Shown here: piece by piece, positions 6,675 to 9,108 of the stretch | Numbering within the stretch: position 1 is the stretch's first letter | How the letters are laid out: every line of letters starts with the position of its first letter | Position numbers and translations under genes: made by a program | DNA from: a virus | Lineage: Duplodnaviria; Heunggongvirae; Uroviricota; Caudoviricetes | IMG/VR virus record: IMGVR_UViG_2667527657_000003 | Reading direction: 5' to 3' (one strand) | Length of the DNA: 9,108 bases | Notes under the pieces: generated by a model | The model's database searches: none | What the model saw: only the letters and a program-made list of their open reading frames with translations | What the model was told of the DNA's origin: nothing

Positions 6675-8585
6675 TCACTCCTCCGGACAGCTTCGCTGCC
6701 AGTTCTTCAAGGGTCGGTTGTGCAGTTGCATCCTTGCGGGATGCAACTGCACAGCCAGATCAAGTTGCCAGCGTTGCACGGACACACGTAATGCCGCATA
6801 GGCATACACCAGGCAGTCCAGCGCTTCGTTACGCCGCTTTTTGTTATCCCACAACAGACGCATCTTTCCTTTTTCCCACTTTTCCACCAGTTCCTCCGCC
6901 ACCAGTTGTTGTGCCTCTGTCTGCGAAAAAATCTCCGGATTATCAGGAAAGCGGATGGCATACGATGTGGCCTCATTCACAGGGGTGGGATCGGCCTTCA
7001 TTCGGGCATAGAGAATTTCTTTTGCGGTATCCGTCCCCACCTCACACAGATACACACCCCGCTGATTGCGGGTTTTCGGCATGGTGATCACCGGCTTGCC
7101 ATAGACAGAGGCACCTTTTACCGGCAGTACCCGGAAAATACCGTGTTTTTTTGACCTCTGATACACGATTTCGCCATCGATCCCCCCGATATCCCAGCAG
7201 ACACGGGAAATGGTCATTTCGGTACCGTCTGCATGGCGGTATTTTTTATTGATCGCCGCATCCACACGTAACAGCGTCTCTTCCTCATCAGGACGTCCCA
7301 TGATGATGATTTTATCCACCAGAAAGGCTTCCTCTCCCGGAGCCCACCCCCAGACATACATCTCAAAACGGTTTCGCTGCGAGTCAATGCCCGCCGTCAG
7401 ATAAACCACCCGGACAGGCACCGTTGCCGTGTAAGGCACAACCTTATCCATCAGTACCTGGTGATCGAGTTTTTCGCCCACGGCCTCTTCCCAGGTCTCG
7501 CCCAGCGTGGTGTTCACAAAAGTTTTCACGCCGTTGGGATCTTTCAGTGCATCCAGCCAGTCACAGACTATCTGTACCCTGGTGGTGAACGGACTGTACG
7601 CCGTCCATATATGGAAAGTGATGGAGCGCGGCGGCGGAATTTCATTACCCGAAGCACTGAAAAACGTCAGACCGTCACACGTCCACATCCCGGTATTGTC
7701 ACAAATCCAGCGCCCCCCGGTCTGATCAAGTTCAGACTGACGGATCACGCAGCCATTATGTTCACACAGGTAATACACCGTTTCCGGTTTACCCTTCTCC
7801 CATTTCAGGCCAAACGACGTCGCATCATCGCCAAACTTCAGATACTGCTCCTCCCCGCAATGAGGGCAAGGGACATAAAACCGCATGAAATGCGCAGATT
7901 CATTCGCAGCTTTTTCAATCTGACAGGAGCCTTTAATTTTTGGCGTTGAACCGCGTATGGATTTTGGCCATACCGAACCTTCAATACGTTTATCGCCAAG
8001 CAGTGTTGGCGAACCTTCTTTTTCCACATCCGGTTCAAACGAGGAGAGTTCGTCATAGCAGACCACATCGACAGATTTTTCACGGTAGTTTTTGGCAGCA
8101 GCACCACCCAAACACCAGAACCCCACACCAGAGGAAAAACGCTTCAGTGTGAGCGTATTATCCCGGTGTTTCCGGCCCAGCCAGGGAGAAAGTTTTTTCA
8201 GGCAAGGAACATCACGAATTGTTGCTTCCACGTGAGACTTCATAAAATCTTCAGCAGCTGAGTCCGTCGGCTGAAAAAGAAGAGTGTTGCGGGATTTGTG
8301 CTCAATAAAATACCCGATCACACCAAGCACCATTTTTGTATAACCAACACGGGCAGATTTAATCAGGTTAACTGTACGAATCTCGTCATTGCCCATGCAG
8401 TTCATGATGGCGACCTGAAACTGCAGCGTTTTCCATTCCCCCTCACCGTATGACGATTCTTTAGGCAGGTAATAATTTTGATCGGCCCATTCTACAGCCG
8501 TCACCGGCAATACCCTGACCAGTGGCTGCAGTGCGATAGTGACTGCCACCATCATATTACTCAGTTGTTGTTCTGATATATTCAT
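6675..8585 (-). CDS. A: Terminase large subunit (lambda gpA homolog)
   Basis: Collinear with lambda gpA from MNISEQQ (ATG at 8583-8585) through the C-terminus: TAVEWAD.NYYLPKES, KSARVGY, FWCLGG.AAKNYREKSVDV, GDKRIEGSVWPKSIRGSTPK, CPHCGEEQYLKFGD, FHIWTAYSPFTT, FVNTTLGETWE, YLTAGIDSQ, WDNKKRRNEALDC. The 19 codons upstream in the ORF track overlap the end of Nu1 and are not the native start. Confidence 0.95.
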   Translation of the reverse strand: MNISEQQLSNMMVAVTIALQPLVRVLPVTAVEWADQNYYLPKESSYGEGEWKTLQFQVAIMNCMGNDEIRTVNLIKSARVGYTKMVLGVIGYFIEHKSRNTLLFQPTDSAAEDFMKSHVEATIRDVPCLKKLSPWLGRKHRDNTLTLKRFSSGVGFWCLGGAAAKNYREKSVDVVCYDELSSFEPDVEKEGSPTLLGDKRIEGSVWPKSIRGSTPKIKGSCQIEKAANESAHFMRFYVPCPHCGEEQYLKFGDDATSFGLKWEKGKPETVYYLCEHNGCVIRQSELDQTGGRWICDNTGMWTCDGLTFFSASGNEIPPPRSITFHIWTAYSPFTTRVQIVCDWLDALKDPNGVKTFVNTTLGETWEEAVGEKLDHQVLMDKVVPYTATVPVRVVYLTAGIDSQRNRFEMYVWGWAPGEEAFLVDKIIIMGRPDEEETLLRVDAAINKKYRHADGTEMTISRVCWDIGGIDGEIVYQRSKKHGIFRVLPVKGASVYGKPVITMPKTRNQRGVYLCEVGTDTAKEILYARMKADPTPVNEATSYAIRFPDNPEIFSQTEAQQLVAEELVEKWEKGKMRLLWDNKKRRNEALDCLVYAYAALRVSVQRWQLDLAVQLHPARMQLHNRPLKNWQRSCPEE

Positions 8586-8869
8586 CGAGTAAATCCGGTA
8601 ATTTATCCCCCGCACGCGCGCACTGATTCGCTCCCTTAGCAATAAGGATTTTCAGATGATCAATATGACGCGGCGTTAAATCCGGGAACTGTCGTTGCAT
8701 GGACAAAGGAATGGAGTCAAGCGTACTGGATAAAGCCATCGCCAGCTTACTAAGGGCAAAAATACAAAATCCGGTATCGATAAGATTTCCTTTTGACACC
8801 TGATTTTTTAACTGCTGTGCGACAGCCTGTTCTGCGGTCAGTTCCCATCTGGCAATGAGTAGTTTGAGG
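8557..8869 (-). pseudogene. Nu1: Terminase small subunit (lambda Nu1 homolog), 5'-truncated by the IS insertion
   Basis: The 107-aa ORF aligns only with the C-terminal ~100 residues of lambda Nu1 (ELTAEQAVAQQLKN, FCIFALSKLA, LDSIPLSMQRQFPDL, RHIDHLK, LLDEYI). The N-terminal ~75 residues are absent. The ORF's first few codons, including the ATG at 8878-8880, fall inside the IS terminal sequence. The Nu1 stop overlaps the A start by about 29 nt, as in lambda. Confidence 0.75.
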
Positions 8870-9108
8870 TGTACTGGCAATAGCGGACACTACCATTTGT
8901 TCTTTTTTTAAGCAGCCATCTGATGATATTTTTCCCTGAAGGCTGCAGGGGAGATATTCCCCAGACGAGAGTGACGACGCTGACGATTGTAGAAAATCTC
9001 AATGTATTCCCGTATTACTGAGATGGCTTCATCCCGGTTATTAAAACGATAGTGGCTCAGGCTCTCATTTTTCAGCGTTCCCCAGAAGCTTTCCATCGGA
9101 GCATTGTC
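8870..9108 (-). mobile_element. End of an IS3-family insertion sequence (continues past the right edge of the window)
   Basis: Contains the transposase C-terminus (see 8908..9108). Phage homology stops at about 8869. The + strand tgtactggcaatagcggacac starting at 8870 has the 5'-TG..CA-3' terminus expected of IS3-family ends. Boundary uncertain by a few bp. Confidence 0.65.
8908..9108 (-). CDS. IS3-family transposase (OrfB, DDE integrase domain), C-terminal 66 codons only
   Basis: Translation DNAPMESFWGTLKNE...YIEIFYNRQRRHS..G.ISPAAFRE carries the IS3-family C-terminal signature (DNA.ES.F..LK.E ... YN..R.HS.L ... SP..F). The reading frame is open to the window edge. Confidence 0.8.
   Translation of the reverse strand, partial: DNAPMESFWGTLKNESLSHYRFNNRDEAISVIREYIEIFYNRQRRHSRLGNISPAAFREKYHQMAA

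Noticed and set aside
7578-7585. Chi-like octamer CCTGGTGG inside the terminase gene
   Set aside because: It differs from Chi (GCTGGTGG) at the first position. I found no exact Chi site by eye in either orientation, though the scan was not exhaustive.
8586-8642. Nineteen-codon N-terminal extension of the terminase large subunit ORF (MLRERISARVRGINYRIYS)
   Set aside because: Similarity to lambda gpA begins exactly at MNISEQQ (ATG at 8583-8585). The upstream codons overlap the Nu1 3' end in another frame, as in lambda.
1-9108. CRISPR arrays, defence systems, toxin-antitoxin pairs or other accessory cargo
   Set aside because: Essentially all of the window is accounted for by the tRNA, the phage head genes and the IS end. 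Intergenic gaps are at most about 60 bp and the only repeat family is the in-frame scaffold repeat, so there is no room or signal for an additional system.

Overview
This window is the head-morphogenesis and DNA-packaging block of a lambda-type (lambdoid) prophage from an enterobacterial genome, flanked by a tRNA gene on the left and an insertion sequence on the right. I see no defence system, CRISPR array or other novel system; the interest is in how the prophage has decayed. Positions 1-72 (+) are the 3' 72 nt of a tRNA-Asp(GUC) gene (the first 5 nt lie before the window), followed by a perfect 12-bp palindromic intrinsic terminator. Everything else is on the minus strand, in canonical lambda order from high to low coordinates: Nu1 (truncated), A, W, B (portal), C with nested Nu3, D, E, FI, FII, Z, U. 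The right edge (about 8870-9108) is the end of an IS3-family insertion sequence. Three lesions flank or interrupt otherwise intact genes: the IS removes the N-terminal part of Nu1 and everything upstream, including where cos would be; the portal gene has a +1 frameshift at an A6/T6 run (5481-5486); and the U reading frame loses lambda-like similarity near residue 115 and runs through the tRNA terminator into the tRNA, with no tail genes between U and the tRNA. The C/Nu3 scaffold region carries a three-copy in-frame tandem repeat of about 150 bp. All protein identifications rest on by-eye alignment of the supplied translations to lambda protein sequences recalled from memory; no database search was possible and no identity percentages are given.
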